Assembly: GCF_964355755.1 (NCBI RefSeq)
Contig: NC_092670.1
Span: forward strand, 238,201-302,200
DNA: 64,000 nucleotides
Reading direction: 5' to 3'
Source of the DNA: Antedon mediterranea
Taxonomy: Eukaryota > Animalia > Echinodermata
Numbering within the stretch: the stretch's first letter is position 1; each line of letters begins with the position of its first letter. The notes under the pieces are model-generated. The model made no database searches. It saw nothing but the letters and a program-made list of their open reading frames with translations, and was not told the DNA's origin. Below are positions 50,133 to 64,000 of this stretch, piece by piece. The position numbers and the translations under genes were made by a program.

Positions 50133-51120
50133 TTATTGATAAACAGTTTGTTACCTCCAACCGATATTTACAAGCAAAATGTGCATTATTTGGTTGCCTT
50201 TTTAGAAGATGTCAATTTTCTTGAAGTGAATAGCTATGATTCTATTGGTTGGAATACGTCTAGGCCACATATCGCGAGCGCGTATCTACATTGCATGGAA
50301 CGTCTGTCTCTTGAATAAGTGGGTTGAAAGGAAACACTAGCTACTGCTGCAGATGCCTTCTTTGGACATTTGCGTTAAAAGTTTTTGTTTTATATAAAAG
50401 ATGTTGGTGAGGATGGGTGATGGTGATTTTTAAATTTTCGCTTTCAGCAACAAACTTTTTCAATGAAACAGTTTCTACGTCAAATCCGAACAAAGCCGCA
50501 AAATAACTTTATTTATCCAACAATTTATAAAATTTTTGAATTTGTACAAAGTAATATTTTATTATAATGTATATATAACAATATTAATTTATTCCTAGCT
50601 GGTAGGAAATATGTTATTTGAAATGTAGTCCTATACTTTAAAACGTTTTATTATTATTCATTGTTATCCAGTATGTTACTGGTTTTAAAATATTTAACAA
50701 AGAAAATAAATATGGTAATTGCTTTGATGTCTTTGACTTAAAACGACTGATAAAATGTTACCGATTTTAAAACCTATTTCCCTCATTATTATTATTCATT
50801 TTTGTGAATATTTAACACGAAAATCGATGCATCAAAAGTCAGTTTCTGTGTCAACCGGAATATGGCATAGTTAAACAGAGCGTCCCATTTTGCTATAAGC
50901 GTATTTCTATCACCCTTATGTGAAACGCAAATGGATTTAGCCGTTGGAACTACATAAAGTTGTTTCATATTGCATATTATGTTTCTTTAATAGAACACCT
51001 CGACGACGTGTAACTGAACGCTGGGTAAATCTTACACTAAATATTTGATGGCTATTAAATAGTACTATATTCTGAATATCACACTACTCTAGCATTTGTG
51101 TAGTATTCAACAACCTTAAT

Positions 51121-51616
51121 ACCATTTTATTTTCAAAATTTTAATCATTCTTACAACACCAGATCTTCAACTGCAAAAAATCTAATATACGAAAAGCATA
51201 CCATATTACTTAGAAGAACATCTTTTATTTACAATGGACCGTATATATGGAACAACTTACCGCTCAATCTAAAAGCAATAACCATCATAAATACATTTAA
51301 AACAAAATACAAACAAACACTTATTTCAAACTATTTAGAACATTAGTAATTCACAATTGCCTTAAGACTGTTTTTTTTTTTCTTTTTTGTGCCTTTTTGT
51401 TTAATTTTATTTGTCAATTTGACAAAAGAAAGAAGTTTGTTTTTGTTCTCTCACTTAAATTAAATAATTAAATATATTACTTATCTGGAGGACCAAACTT
51501 AAAGCCTTGGCTTAATGCGTCCTCCTCACACAATTGTATTTATTAATTTATGTTTCTGTTCTATTGTATTGTATTGTATTGTGTGAAACAATAAACTTGA
51601 ACTTGAAACTTGAACT
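51121..51616 (+). mobile_element. 5'-truncated non-LTR retrotransposon (CR1/L2/Crack group): ORF2 C-terminus plus 3'UTR
   Basis: Translates NHSYNTRSS...SFIYNGPYIWNNLP...NTFKTKYKQTLISNYLEH*, followed by a 3'UTR, AATAAA and an (AACTTG)n tail. Confidence 0.85.
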
Positions 51617-53519
51617 ATTTAAAAAGAAAAAACCAACATCATTGAAATGTTGTCCCTCTTATTTATTACGTTATAAAAGTTAGGAATTTGACTAATGTTG
51701 GAATTGGTGATCTTTTTATTGGCAAAATAAATTAAAAGACGTTTAATTTATAAGTAGAAATGTAGAATAATTACTCTACAATAGTTTCAAAAATCCGCGC
51801 TACTGACCGTGTAGTTGTGAAAGTCCACTCGCAGCGCAACGTTTATAATTTGACTAATCACGACGTGATGAATAGCTTGTAATTCGACGCGATGAATCGC
51901 TTGTGACTGGTCAACTAACGGAGTAGCATTGCGTGTACGCGCACGCGTTACATCCTAGTCGGAATCAAGCTTTTCTCTGCAAAATCTGCGCCAATAGGAA
52001 ACTTGAATCGTCTGAACAAAGTAATCGTGTCGCAACATGCACTCGCGGTTGAGAAATGATGTTTATATTCGATAATATATATTAATTTATACTGATTATG
52101 TACACATTCAATGACTTACATTGTATTCTACTTAACAAAATAAATGATGTACATTTCGTAAGTGTTGAGGTGTTGTACTTATTTGAAGCTAATCAAAATT
52201 TAGCACCAAAACACGAAACAATTTATTACTGCATTCTAAATATTTTTAAACACCTTGGCAGATTTCTTGGCGTGTTGTGTAGCCACCATCTTTCATCTTA
52301 TTTCTTGCGTAGAATATCAATTATTGATGAACGATAAATATAATATGGACTCCTCACGACAATCGCCTGATATTAATATTCACAGAATATACGTTGCACG
52401 TTGTGGAAAATCAATCTTAAGAAATGACAGAATATTAGTGGTGTATGTTGGCAGTCGATCAATCAGACATCGACGAAAGTCATACATCATACAATAATGG
52501 GCAAAGTGTCAATTCCTAGCTGTTAAATTAAAGTAGACAAAAGAATGATTTACAGCAGTTCGTACTCGTTGCTTAAAGGAATACCCTGCTGCACATTTGC
52601 ATCAACCAGCCCGAAGAGACGTGCTACATTATCCAGAAATCTTTGCTTAATTACTCTTTCTATAGCTAAATATTCTGACAAATAAGAAGCCTAAAAACAT
52701 TCTCTCATTTAAATCAGAACTATTAAGTAATTATGTGTAGGACTGAGGCTTATTCATATTCTACGTATACATTTCAAAATGATTGCTATTAATCTGATTG
52801 GTGCGCGGAAGTGGACGCATATCTGGCTTGACATTCACTGATTGGACGTGATGTAAGGTATGATTACAGCCATTTTAGTAACTATTCAAAAATTGTAATT
52901 TGTTGAAGAGTGTCTAGTTACAATACGATATGTTTAACTTAATAACATTACATTATGTTTCATTTAACACAAATATAGATACACGTAATCAATCCGTCTT
53001 ACAGAAATGATATAATATTCAATTGATATTTTCCACCATCTTGTTTATATAACAAATACATAATTATAAGTTAAAATGTTGTTTGTAATTATTCCTTCAA
53101 TTTTGTATACAAAATCATGGCAGTCAATTTCACTTACACATTATAATTTGGACATTTCTGATAGCAGTTTACTCAATTATTTGGTAGAGGGTAAAATTAC
53201 GAATTTGTTGAATTTTATATAGGAGCTCGTGATTGCTTCATGTATTTTTTCAGTTTTGTGAACTTTTTTAATTTTGACTTTTTTGTTAGGTTTAAGGATA
53301 GTCTGTTTTGGTGTTTTTCTCAACGTCAGTATACAGTCGTTAAAGATGTTTGTCGATAAAATTTGTATCTCTCGTGGAAGAATTTACGAATATCTACGGT
53401 ACCCTTTATAGAATGGAGATCTTCTTGTTTTAAAACTTTGAAATCGTTGCGGAATAACTCTCCTTACGGAATCGAAATCTGTTGAAATCAGCCCTTCCGT
53501 TCGGGATATTTCGGAATAA

Positions 53520-53995
53520 ACTCTCTCCCTTTGTGTGCTTTATAACTTACCATCCCTCCATGAGAGATTGTAGTTGTTTAAAGCTCTCTCCCTCTCTTTG
53601 CTTTTTAACTTACTATCCCTCCACGAGATTGTGAGTTGTTTAAAGCTCTCTCTGTGCACTAAAACTTACCATCCCTCCGCGAGATTGTACAGTTGTGTTA
53701 AGCTATCTCTTTGCTTTAGTAACTTTCCATCCCTCCGCAAGATTGTACAGTTGTGTTAAGTTCTCTCTCTTTGTTTTAGTAACTTTCCATCCCTCCGCGA
53801 GATTGTACAGTTGTGTTAAGCTCTCTCTTTGCTTTAGTAACTTTCCATCCCTCCGCGAGATTGTACAGTTGTGTTAAGCTCTCTCTTTGCTTTAGTAACT
53901 TTCCATCCCTCCGCGAGATTGTACAATTGTTTAAAGCTCTCTCCCTCTGTTTAACTTTCCATCCCTCCACGAGATTGTACAGTTGTTTAAAGCTA
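53520..53995. repeat. ~58-bp diverged minisatellite x~8
   Basis: ...AACTTTCCATCCCTCCGCGAGATTGTACAGTTGTGTTAAGCTCTCTC... units. Confidence 0.92.
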
Positions 53996-54582
53996 GCGAG
54001 TAGCTTGGCCTTGATTTGTATCAAACACGATGTATCGAAGCCCGAGGCTGATGGATTGGATAATGTTTCTAATTCTTGTTTCTCATCTCGTAATCATTGC
54101 TTTTATTCCCCATGCATTTTAATGAAGGCTTTCTAATAAATACTATAATTTTCTCAACTCCCACGTGTCATTTCGAGTTACTAATAGTAATCAAGCATTT
54201 GACACAACTTACACTTGGCATAAAAGCAAAAATCAAGAATCGGATATTTTGAAATATTCGTTCTATATTTTAGGTCGTGTAGTTTTATTCATCATCCTCT
54301 CGGGTTTTGAATAAACTTAACTGTTTAAATTAAACGTTGATTGAAATTGACGCTTAACTTAATTAGCAATGTTAATGTGTATTACTGGAGGTTATCTAAT
54401 CTACAATATACAGTATAAATATACGCACACTACCGTATTAATAGGTCTTGCCCGTCATGGTATCGTGTCGTCGTAGCATGTACACGTTTAGCAAATCTAT
54501 ACTCCTGGAATTTAAAAAAAAATTGTGGAACATTCATTTTCGTTTCTTTATTATTGCAATCAGGTTTCATTTAATTTTTTTT

Positions 54583-54705
54583 TTCATTTCATTTATTTAT
54601 TCGACCAATAGGCCTAAACAGATACATAACAGAACAGAAACAAAGCACAATGGGGCAACTAAAGCAAAACAATTATTATAACTCAAAGAGTCAGTTGCCC
54701 CTTAA
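54583..54705 (-). mobile_element. Probable LINE 3'-end stub
   Basis: Minus strand: GGGGCAACT...AGTTGCCCC stem, then AATAAA and a (TGAAA)n-like tail. Confidence 0.4.
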
Positions 54706-57503
54706 AAAACATGGCTGTAGGGCCTACCTAACTTTCAATTTTGTTTGGATTTTTTTCTTCATAATTTTGAATTTAGAACTTAGGCCTATAGATGGTTTTA
54801 TGCCCATATTTACTAGCAATGGCATATGCCTATATTAATTCTTTCGTTTTACAAACGACAAATAAAAAAGCTTGAAATAATTGCACCATTTATGTAATGA
54901 TTTACAGATATTTGATTTATTAAATGCGTTGGATTGACCTGTAAATATGTCTGCACAACTTATCCAACGTTATTGCAACTAATTCTTGTTTATTAACCAT
55001 CAACAGACTTATTCTTCGTTTTTATCCAGCTTGTGATAAATTACCAATGCTAAAAAACATTAATTATAAGTGAGCCACTTTACTGCATATGTGTGTTGAA
55101 ATAATGATTGCTTTAACAGTAAACATCATGCCAAAATATAAGTAAATTACCTCTTAAATATGTTTGTATTCAATGCAATCAGTATATTATAATAATGTGT
55201 TGATTACAGTGATGTAGAGTGTGATGTCAGATGTCACACCGCAACGCTAAACGATCTTTATTATGATATAGGCCATTTTTAGTATTTTTTAATTGTTTTT
55301 TAATTGTAGGATATCATCGACCAAAAACCTTACTAAATACCAATTTCAAATGAATCGAATTCTCTATTTGTGTTCCCGCTTAGTTAAACCTAAATATTAT
55401 AAAATGAAGGAATGTTTAGATTGCTCAATAATCAAAACTTTAATCAATTCCATTTCACTTAACTAATAAAGTATGATAATACTAGTTATATATAATTTAA
55501 ATTATTGGTATTTTTTAAAATATGTTTATATGAAACTATTTTAAATATTCCAAAATAAATATTACAACTTCTTTTAAGTTTTCTTTGTATGATAACAATT
55601 GACAAATAAAAATACTGAATTCAACAAAAAAAGGAAAAATTCTAGAAGAAAATGCTAAAAAAGAAAGAACCCAATAGGGTACAAAGAAGAAGTTATGTAG
55701 GCCGCATTTAACTCAACTTCGGCAAATAAGAGCGAAGATAACGCCAACTTAACTTTAAGCCATGTCTTTGTATTAACATTTAGGACTATCTTTTTAATAT
55801 TTTAGTTAAAAGATGTTAATAAAGAACCAAAATAAGAAGAATAATTTATTTAGAATTTAAATTATCCTGCAGACAAATATAGGCCTACTAAAGATGAAAA
55901 TGAAAAGTGATTTAACAAAAAATAATCAACAGGAAACTTAAATGAATTATGTAGGCCTATGTAACAATAAATGACGCTGTTTTTATACCTGAATTATTCA
56001 ACTTGAATTAAACATGAAACACTTTAAAAAACACTCGTATAGATATATTGCATATTTATTTAGGTTTTAACGTTTAGGGATTTTCAAAAACTAGATGTAT
56101 GAATAAGATAATCTTAAAGGAAATACGGTAAGTAGACATCTTTTACGACGCAATGCATTGTATGCTAGTTTTCGTGAAAACACCAAACTTAAATGCCTCT
56201 CATGCTAAGAATGACAGAAACACCTTGATAAAATATGTGGACACTCTGTTGCAGTGAACATTTGCATTGAAGCGATGAGGAGGTGAGCGCTTTGCATTGT
56301 AGTTTGTTCGTTGTGATTGTAGGCCTATAGAAAGCGTTCGCGTTCAGCAACCAATTTTGTATACAGGAGGAGGCTATAAAAAGCACAGCAATTATATACA
56401 CAGGTACGTACATTTTTATTGACAATTTTCTCTTATTGTTATACACATACGGTGCCACCTGAATACATAGCCTTAGAATCGGTGCGCGTCAGAGAAGAGT
56501 TGAATGTTAAATTTCATTATTTTCTGTGGAAAAAACCCAGAGCAAATAGGCGTACCGTGAAGTAGACAAAGGCCTATTTTGTTCGTTTATTTTTAGTGAA
56601 CACTATTTGAAAATGCTGTCATTTTATATGTATTATTATACTTGTTTCTCAAGTTGATTGAGTCGATGCCTTTAATACGAAGATAATAACATTCGAAATA
56701 TTTAAATAAATACAATATTACAATAGGCCTACATCATTTTAATTTATTAAATAAAATGTTTGTTTTGTAATAAAAAGATGAATACGATGAATGCGTCTCA
56801 ATGTGGTTTAATCTTTAACTCTAGAACCTAATTTATTAAAATAAAAATCTATGACTTTTAAACGCATTTTAAATACAAAGAGAATGCGAGTCAGATGCAA
56901 ACTTATAAAATAGTTCTAGAAAATACTGTAACATATTGATATCTTAGGCTTATATACGATATTGGCCAAACAGTTTTTCAGTTCGATTTACTTTATTTCA
57001 TCCTCAGTATAAAGGAAAATATATTGAGTGTATTTCATAGAATAAAACAAATATATAAAACATTAGGTTAAAACACTTATATAAAACACATTTCATTAAA
57101 ATATGAAAACATCAAAATAGTATACAGATAAAAATTAATTATTAAATTTAATAAATGTACAAATGAATTAAATTGGTAATTCTCGTACCGAACAGTTGCT
57201 AAACTTCGGTTGAATTGAAACATTATTAGGAATTATGTATGTGTGGAGTTCTGTTCTTAAGCCTACCGTTAGGGTTAGGGTTAGCCTACCGTTAAATATA
57301 ATAAAAAGCCTATTTGTTAGAAGATACCGTCTTTAAATCACCATGTTGCAAATAATTTATTTATAATACTAGGCCTATATATTGTATTTATTTTTATTAA
57401 AACATGTTTATACTGCAGGATAACGTAATTCAGAAATAAGGTGGTATAACTGGTTTTCAATATTGTCCTTTAAAAACAATAAAACCTTATATAAATAAAC
57501 AGT

Positions 57504-58690
57504 AAATAAACTAAAAGTTGATGACCTAAATATACTTCTTGGCGGAATTCAAATTGAACGCAAAACTGAAACACTTTTTTTAGGTGTATATATTCATGAA
57601 AACCTCAAATGGACCAGTCATCAAAATTACGTTTCGAAAAAAATATCAAGATCTATTAGTATTATTAACAGACTTAAGCACTTCTTCCCTCTAAATATTT
57701 TAATTTCTCTTTATAACACACTTGTACTTCCTTATTTCCAGTATTGTAACATTATTTGGGCTGCAGATTACTCTTCTAATATTGCTAGATTAACTAAATT
57801 ACAAAAACGTGCAGCTAGAATTATTACTTTTTCACCATATAGAACCTCATCTGAACCCCTTTTTAAACGTCTTGGTATATTAAAATTAACGGATATCCAC
57901 AATGTTCAAGTTGCCAGTTTTATGTTTAATTATTTTAAAAACCAACTTCCTATTTCTATGATTGATATGCTCTGTAAACGTACCAAATTTCACAATTACA
58001 ATTTAAGAACTTCTCATTTAAACATTCCTTTTGCTAGACTTACAAAAACTAAATTTTTTATAACTATATCAGGTCCTAATTTGTGGAATCATATCCCACC
58101 AAATATCAAAACGTCAATATCATTATTTACTTTCCGAAAAAAGTTAAAGAATCATTATATATCGAAATATTATACTGCTTAGTTAATATGCTTATTATCA
58201 TTATTTATACTCATATACTATTTATGTCTTACACAAAATATTAGTTGTTGTTTATTATTGCAATCTTTAATCTATACTATATATAATGTATATATAGTAT
58301 ATACTATATATATACTGGAATTATAATTTATGTATACATATTTTTTTTTCATTTACCAATATCGGTAGTTATTTCATTTATAATTATCATGAAACTATTG
58401 AAATATAATTTAAATAATTTTTATAAAGAAGATGTTAGTTATGTTATTATACTGTAATTTTTTATCCTAAATTATATAATTATATATTCTAGGTTATTTT
58501 TATTTTTTTAGTAATGTGTTTTGTTATGGGTCCCTACAAGACAAGTTTTTAACTTCTAGAAGGGATCCATGATAATAATGACTACCAATTACTGCTTTAT
58601 CTATGTTCACTTTAATATCTTTTTTCTATTTTGTATATATTCATTCATTATTATCTAAATAAATATTATCTGAATCTATCTGAATCTGAA
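57504..58690 (+). mobile_element. 5'-truncated non-LTR retrotransposon (CR1/Crack-like): ORF2 C-terminal ~225 codons plus 3'UTR
   Basis: Open frame ...FLGVYIHENLKWTSH...LYNTLVLPYFQYCNIIW...LQKRAARII...HNYNLR...GPNLWNHIP...FRKKLK ending at 58182. The 3'UTR ends in AATAAA and TCTGAA repeats, with a possible AAACAGT TSD. Confidence 0.88.
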
Positions 58691-60050
58691 ACAGTTACAT
58701 TCAACCAAACCCCCATTGAATTCCAGTCAATTTTGCTATTTTTTGCTTTAAATTACAGGTGTTTTTCAGGTAAATAGGTAATATGTTACGGTATGTGACA
58801 AAAGCCTTAAAAAAACATATTTTTTTAGAGGACGATAGGCCTATGTCTTTAGATATGTCTAACTAAAAAGGAGACGCTAGGTACAGAACAATGAGAAAAG
58901 AATGTGAAAAGAAAAAAAAGAAAAATATCTTTTATAATAAAATGTGAACGTTTGAATGGAAGTTTGTTTAAGTTTTGAGTTTTAACAGGATTTTATTCGA
59001 AGCCTTTGCGCCTGCGATTAGCGAACTATTGAAAGATGACGCAGTTTGAGGAAAAACATTGAGGATTGTGAATCTTGTAGAATATCACTTATCATCCATG
59101 TCTGTCATAAACCATTTCAATTGTGTTACTTCAATCATTATACCATATAATGTTTATTCTTTCGATTTCTACATCATAATAATTTGTCGTAAAACTCTTC
59201 CATTTGTGTCAAAATGGTCAGTGGTTTAATATTCTCCATAAATGAGCAACATTTTATTTCTATAAATCTTAAATAATAAAACAAATGATGTATCTATTAT
59301 AATTCTTATGTTTGGAATATTTGCTTCGTAAAACTATTTACATCCGGTAACTTGGGCCCTATAAAAATTCACTTATTCTCTATAATTCGTTGAGTAATAC
59401 AATGACATTTTCATTACATCAGTGTGTATTGCTTAAAATTTATGAGCACAGATGAAAACATTATTCATTTTTAGCTAGCCCGGAGCGTGTTTTATTAACG
59501 TTTATAGACGAGTCAGAACATAAGTTTAATACCAATGTTAATTATCGCATGAATTACCCGCACGCGTGGTCGTTATGGCACCAGGTGTACGCGCTACGAC
59601 CCAAAATGACCGTTCATAATTTCGCTACTGTTCCGATATGTAACAACATATGTAACTGCATAGATCGTAATAGACATTTTCATGGCTTCCCTTTGGACTA
59701 TTTATGTTTTGTTACATTTAAATTTGTTTTTTAAATGCATATTTGTAATTTGTCACGATCCCTCGATTACCGTTTGTCTTTCTCTAATCGCTCCCTGTTC
59801 CTTTTATTTCCTCTCTTTATTTGCTTTCGATTTTATTCTCCGTTTGACTGACATGTGAATGGCAATTGTTTATTCTGTATGTTATTTTTGTCAAGGTTTT
59901 CGTCTGTGTTCTATTGATATTTCAACATTAATTGTTTGATTCTTTTTTTTTGTTAATATATTTTGTTAGCATTCGCCCTCTATTCGTGTTCCTTAACAGT
60001 ATTCTGCATTCTTATGTTATTTATTAAGTCACTTTTTGCGTTGTATAATT

Positions 60051-60302
60051 TAACGCATTAGGACAAACTGATTCAAGGGTTGTATATTAACGCATTAGGA
60101 CAAACTGATTCAAGGGTTGTATATTAACGCATTAGGACAAACTGATTCAAGGGTTGTATATTAACGCATTAGGACAAACTGATTCAAGGGTTGTATATTA
60201 ACGCATTAGGACAAACTGATTCAAGGGTTGTATATTAACGCATTAGGACAAACTGATTCAAGGGTTGTATATTAACGCATTAGGACAAACTGATTCCAGG
60301 GT
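60051..60302. repeat. 37-bp minisatellite x~7
   Basis: ATTAACGCATTAGGACAAACTGATTCAAGGGTTGTAT units. Confidence 0.96.
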
Positions 60303-63300
60303 TAGAGGTTTTTTTTTGTCTAAACCATCGTATGCCCGAGAACAATAATAATAATATTGATGTATGTAAATGAATAACCTTCAAACACTGTTTGTCTTCA
60401 ATTGAATCGTTTATCAATAACCTCCTCCCTTCAATTTATCATAACCATTTACCATCATCTATTTACATTAAAAACATTCCATGTGTTTACGTTCATTTTG
60501 TCGTGGCGTATCACCCGCGTGCAGATGTTTCTATTGTTGTTTTATTGATGTTAATAATATGTTTAAATAATCAATTTATGTGACATATACTACGTCCTTG
60601 ATTAATGGCTTCCTCCATCTCACTTGATGATGATATTACATCAGCAAAAGTTTAGAAGAAATCACATTTTTTTTTAAAGAAATGTTAAAGGATTTACAAT
60701 AGATGATTATAGAAACTATAATACAATTATTTTATATACGTAGGCCTACGAAATAGGCATTTAATAAACACTTTATTTATAGATTGTTTGTAAATTGTTT
60801 GTATAATGTATTTAAGTTTATTTGCATTTCTGTCCAGTATATTTTGTGATTAACCGATCCACCCTCTAAATAAACCCTCTACAATATTGTTCGACCCAAC
60901 CAGCATTCCCCAACCACTTTCTTGGTAATAAATTTAATAAATAAGTAAGCCTATAATAACATAAAACAATAAAAATGGATTGTTACAACAACTAAAAAAA
61001 GGAATTTTGATTATAATATATGATAATAATAATAAATTATTACATATCAAAGATGCATGCATGTAAAGCAAGTAGATTCACGCACGTACGACAACCACGA
61101 CGTGCAATGTAGTCGTAGAAAATATTTTTTAACGAATTCGTGAGATTTTAGTGACTTTTATTACTGCTGATAAAACGACAGACAACTCTGAAATATACGT
61201 TTAAAACATGCCCCTCGTGGCGCACACGTGACATAGAATGATTTACGCACAAACATGTTTCATCTGTCGCTTGTGGGTATACGACGAAGAAATATGACAT
61301 TCGAACGCAATGAATAGAAACACTGGCGACAACTCGTCCATTTCTGTCGTTGATTTTCCACTACATTATTTTAATATGCGTTCTATTGAGCAATCCGTTA
61401 TATTTAATGACATTTTTCTATATAAGAAGCGATTAATCATTCGTGTAGAAAATAGTCTGCCTGTGTTTTGTTCACATGAACGCGCGCCACCGTGCACTCG
61501 GTTGATGATGATGATCGTGGGGCTGCTTCAGGGTGGTGTTAATCGATGCGTAACCGCTTGACCACTGGTCATTCACACCTTGCCCGTTCGTGTTGAGTGC
61601 GCACTCATACGCAGTTGTATATCCGTAGGGCTTGTTGTGTCCAGTGAATCGTGACCGTTTGACCGACGGACAATGATCGCAAATAGCAGGATGACTGAGT
61701 TCATATTGGGTCACTTGTGAACAATACACGTGGTGTATTGCTAAGTGATTCGGATTAGACGATGACAATTTAGATTATTAAAAATAAGATAATGCAAATT
61801 TTGAAGGATTAGAAATTATCATTTTGATCCAATACTACGTGATTTAATTTATGAAGAGTTCAACGAAAAGTAGACACAATGTTACAGTCTGAATTACTAC
61901 TATATTTGTTATCTGTTTTTCTTTTTCCTCTTCTCTGGTATCATGTCTGGTTGCAGAACTCTTGATGGTCATTGTTTTCCAGAGTTCCTCTGTCGTATGC
62001 AGTTTGAATAAAATTGTATTTGGTTAGCGTATTTGCGTGTGTTGTTGAGAGATATATAAACCTTAACGACCACGACTTCTTCTTCTCTCCACTTTTCCGC
62101 ATAGTGTCATCAGTTGTATTTCTCTTTTCCCTATTACGTTTCTGAGATATTTTATTTTGTCGTCTCTTAATTACTTTTAGCAAAAGAAATATTAACAACC
62201 TGTCTCTCTGATACTTTTAGCAATCTTAAAAAACATGTCTCACATAATTATACATAACTCTATCGTATATTTAGTTTATTGGCTGGACATCCGTAAAAAC
62301 CTCAAAAAGAAGCCCATGGGCCTAATTTTTAGGACTATTTGGGTGGGCTTTTTTTTTTAGGGTTCTAAAAAACTGAATCAGCGGGGCACAGATCGGTCTA
62401 TTCCTAATGCGTCCGTATAATAGGCCTATGTCAGTACAAGAAATAAGCAAAATAATGTATAAACAAATACTGTTTTAAGAAATATAAAATATAGACCTAT
62501 GGGCCACTGCCAACTCGTCAATCGAAGTCTGATATATTTAGCCAATCAAACACGATGTTTTTAAATGTCAAGTAGGCCTAATGAAGCTTCAGACGACGTG
62601 ATGTTTAATTTTAGGGTTTCATAAAGTCTTTATAAGAGAAAATGTAGCGTACTAACAATTATTATCCATATCTCAAGTCGGTACAGATAAAACATAATAC
62701 CGTCCAACATAGCTCCACTTCATTTAACATGTTAAATTTGTTTTTTAGCGTTTATTAGTACAGCATATTTGAGAGCATTTAGCATTTATATCAATTCTAA
62801 ATTGTTTACGGTGTCGCATCAATTTAAGTTGCATTGCAAATAATTATATTTGGACATCACGCGTCAATATTATGGTGAAGCCTAATTTCTCACTGTAACT
62901 TAAATCGGCGTGATACCGGTGATATAGATTTACCTGAGGCCAGGTAGACGTATGGACATATGAATGGTAAACATCAAAGGACGCCGCTATTGAAATATAT
63001 CAATTGAACATTTTCGTGTTCTCTACATTATCCAACGTTAAAAGAGCTAAGTGGAAACTTTCATTAGTGTATTATAGCCGCAGGAATGCTGTAGTATAGT
63101 GAATATATACCCGTCATGAATGTAGTGTATATCGCAGACGGTTAAAATGCTGATAAAGTCGAACTACACACTCCCAATATTCCCATATTTTTGTTAAAAG
63201 TTTTAACTCCAATTATTTCGAATGCCTTGCAAAACGTTGACTCCATCCGGAAATGAGAACCGTAACTTATAATCAAACAAATTCCTGTTTCAATGGATGA

Positions 63301-63341
63301 CACTTTATCTGTCATGTTTGTTGTTGTTTGTTTTGGTGTAA

Positions 63342-63489
63342 AACCCTGTCTACACTATCAAACACTATATCTAGACAAATATGGTAGTGATATTCTCAAA
63401 TATAGTAGTGATGTGACATCATCATGTCCATATTTAGGCACATCACCTTTGTTTTCGCACATAAAGTGTGATAGTGTGGACTGAGCATT
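63342..63489 (+). mobile_element. PIF/Harbinger-like MITE, near-complete copy with both TIRs
   Basis: CTGTCTACACTATCAAAC ... GTGTGATAGTGTGGACTG imperfect TIRs, TAA/TTA flanks, and a core shared with two other copies. Confidence 0.72.
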
Positions 63490-64000
63490 ACACCAAGGTG
63501 TGTGCGTGTTTTGTTTTGTGTCTGTATGTAGTAGGCCTATTGTTGCTTTTCTTTTTGTTGATGTTTCCAGGATATTAGCTGATTTGTCAATTGTCGATAA
63601 ATCTAATACTATCTTTCTAGCCGCTATTGGCGGCGGATCAAAGAGCAGGTAACTTATTATCAATCCTCTAGGGCGGGGTCGTTAAACTTTTCTACGACTT
63701 TACTACTTATTATTGTTCCGGTTTGGTTACTAAACAATGTAGTACCTAATTGTTTCTTTCCGCCATCTTCATTAAGTTCATTGGTTATCGGACCTCACAT
63801 TTTCGAAACATGCGTAATTTACGAGTCCGTGTGGATGTGAAAGCGTGATGAATTCAACGCGCAGGCGCCAGGGGTGGGATTGTCTTTTTATTGAGTGTTG
63901 GAGCTTATTTTACGTTTTGTATACTTGTTACGGTCACAAATGCCAGCTCCAACAATCAATAGTTAGATTATCTGCTTTGTGTACATTTATATAAGGTAAA

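Noticed and set aside
49534-50160. 208-aa ORF on the minus strand
   Set aside because: Product of a 123-bp tandem repeat antisense to the CEP112 3' region.

Overview
AT-rich, intron-containing animal genomic DNA. It looks like a marine invertebrate deuterostome, probably an echinoderm (inference from gene content, compact introns and abundant TAGGCCTA palindromes). Five protein-coding genes can be reconstructed by hand: (1) the first coding exon of a netrin (minus strand, remainder beyond the left edge), (2) a 4-exon FTCDNL1 (plus), (3) a GTT1-like glutathione S-transferase with an N-terminal membrane anchor and two duplicated alternative first exons (minus), (4) a complete 19-coding-exon ABCA3-like transporter of about 1737 aa (minus), and (5) a CEP112 orthologue of about 26 exons, head-to-head with ABCA3 (plus). 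The last 14 kb are mostly non-coding. There are many young minisatellites, tRNA-derived SINEs, 5'-truncated CR1/L2-group LINEs, a Harbinger-like MITE family and two tiny P-element-like footprints. The most striking pattern is that tandem arrays repeatedly amplify functional signals: real 5' splice sites (about 69 copies in CEP112, 12 in ABCA3), a dileucine sorting motif inside the ABCA3 CDS (3 copies) and 3'UTR signals. All coordinates were read by eye and may be off by a few bases.
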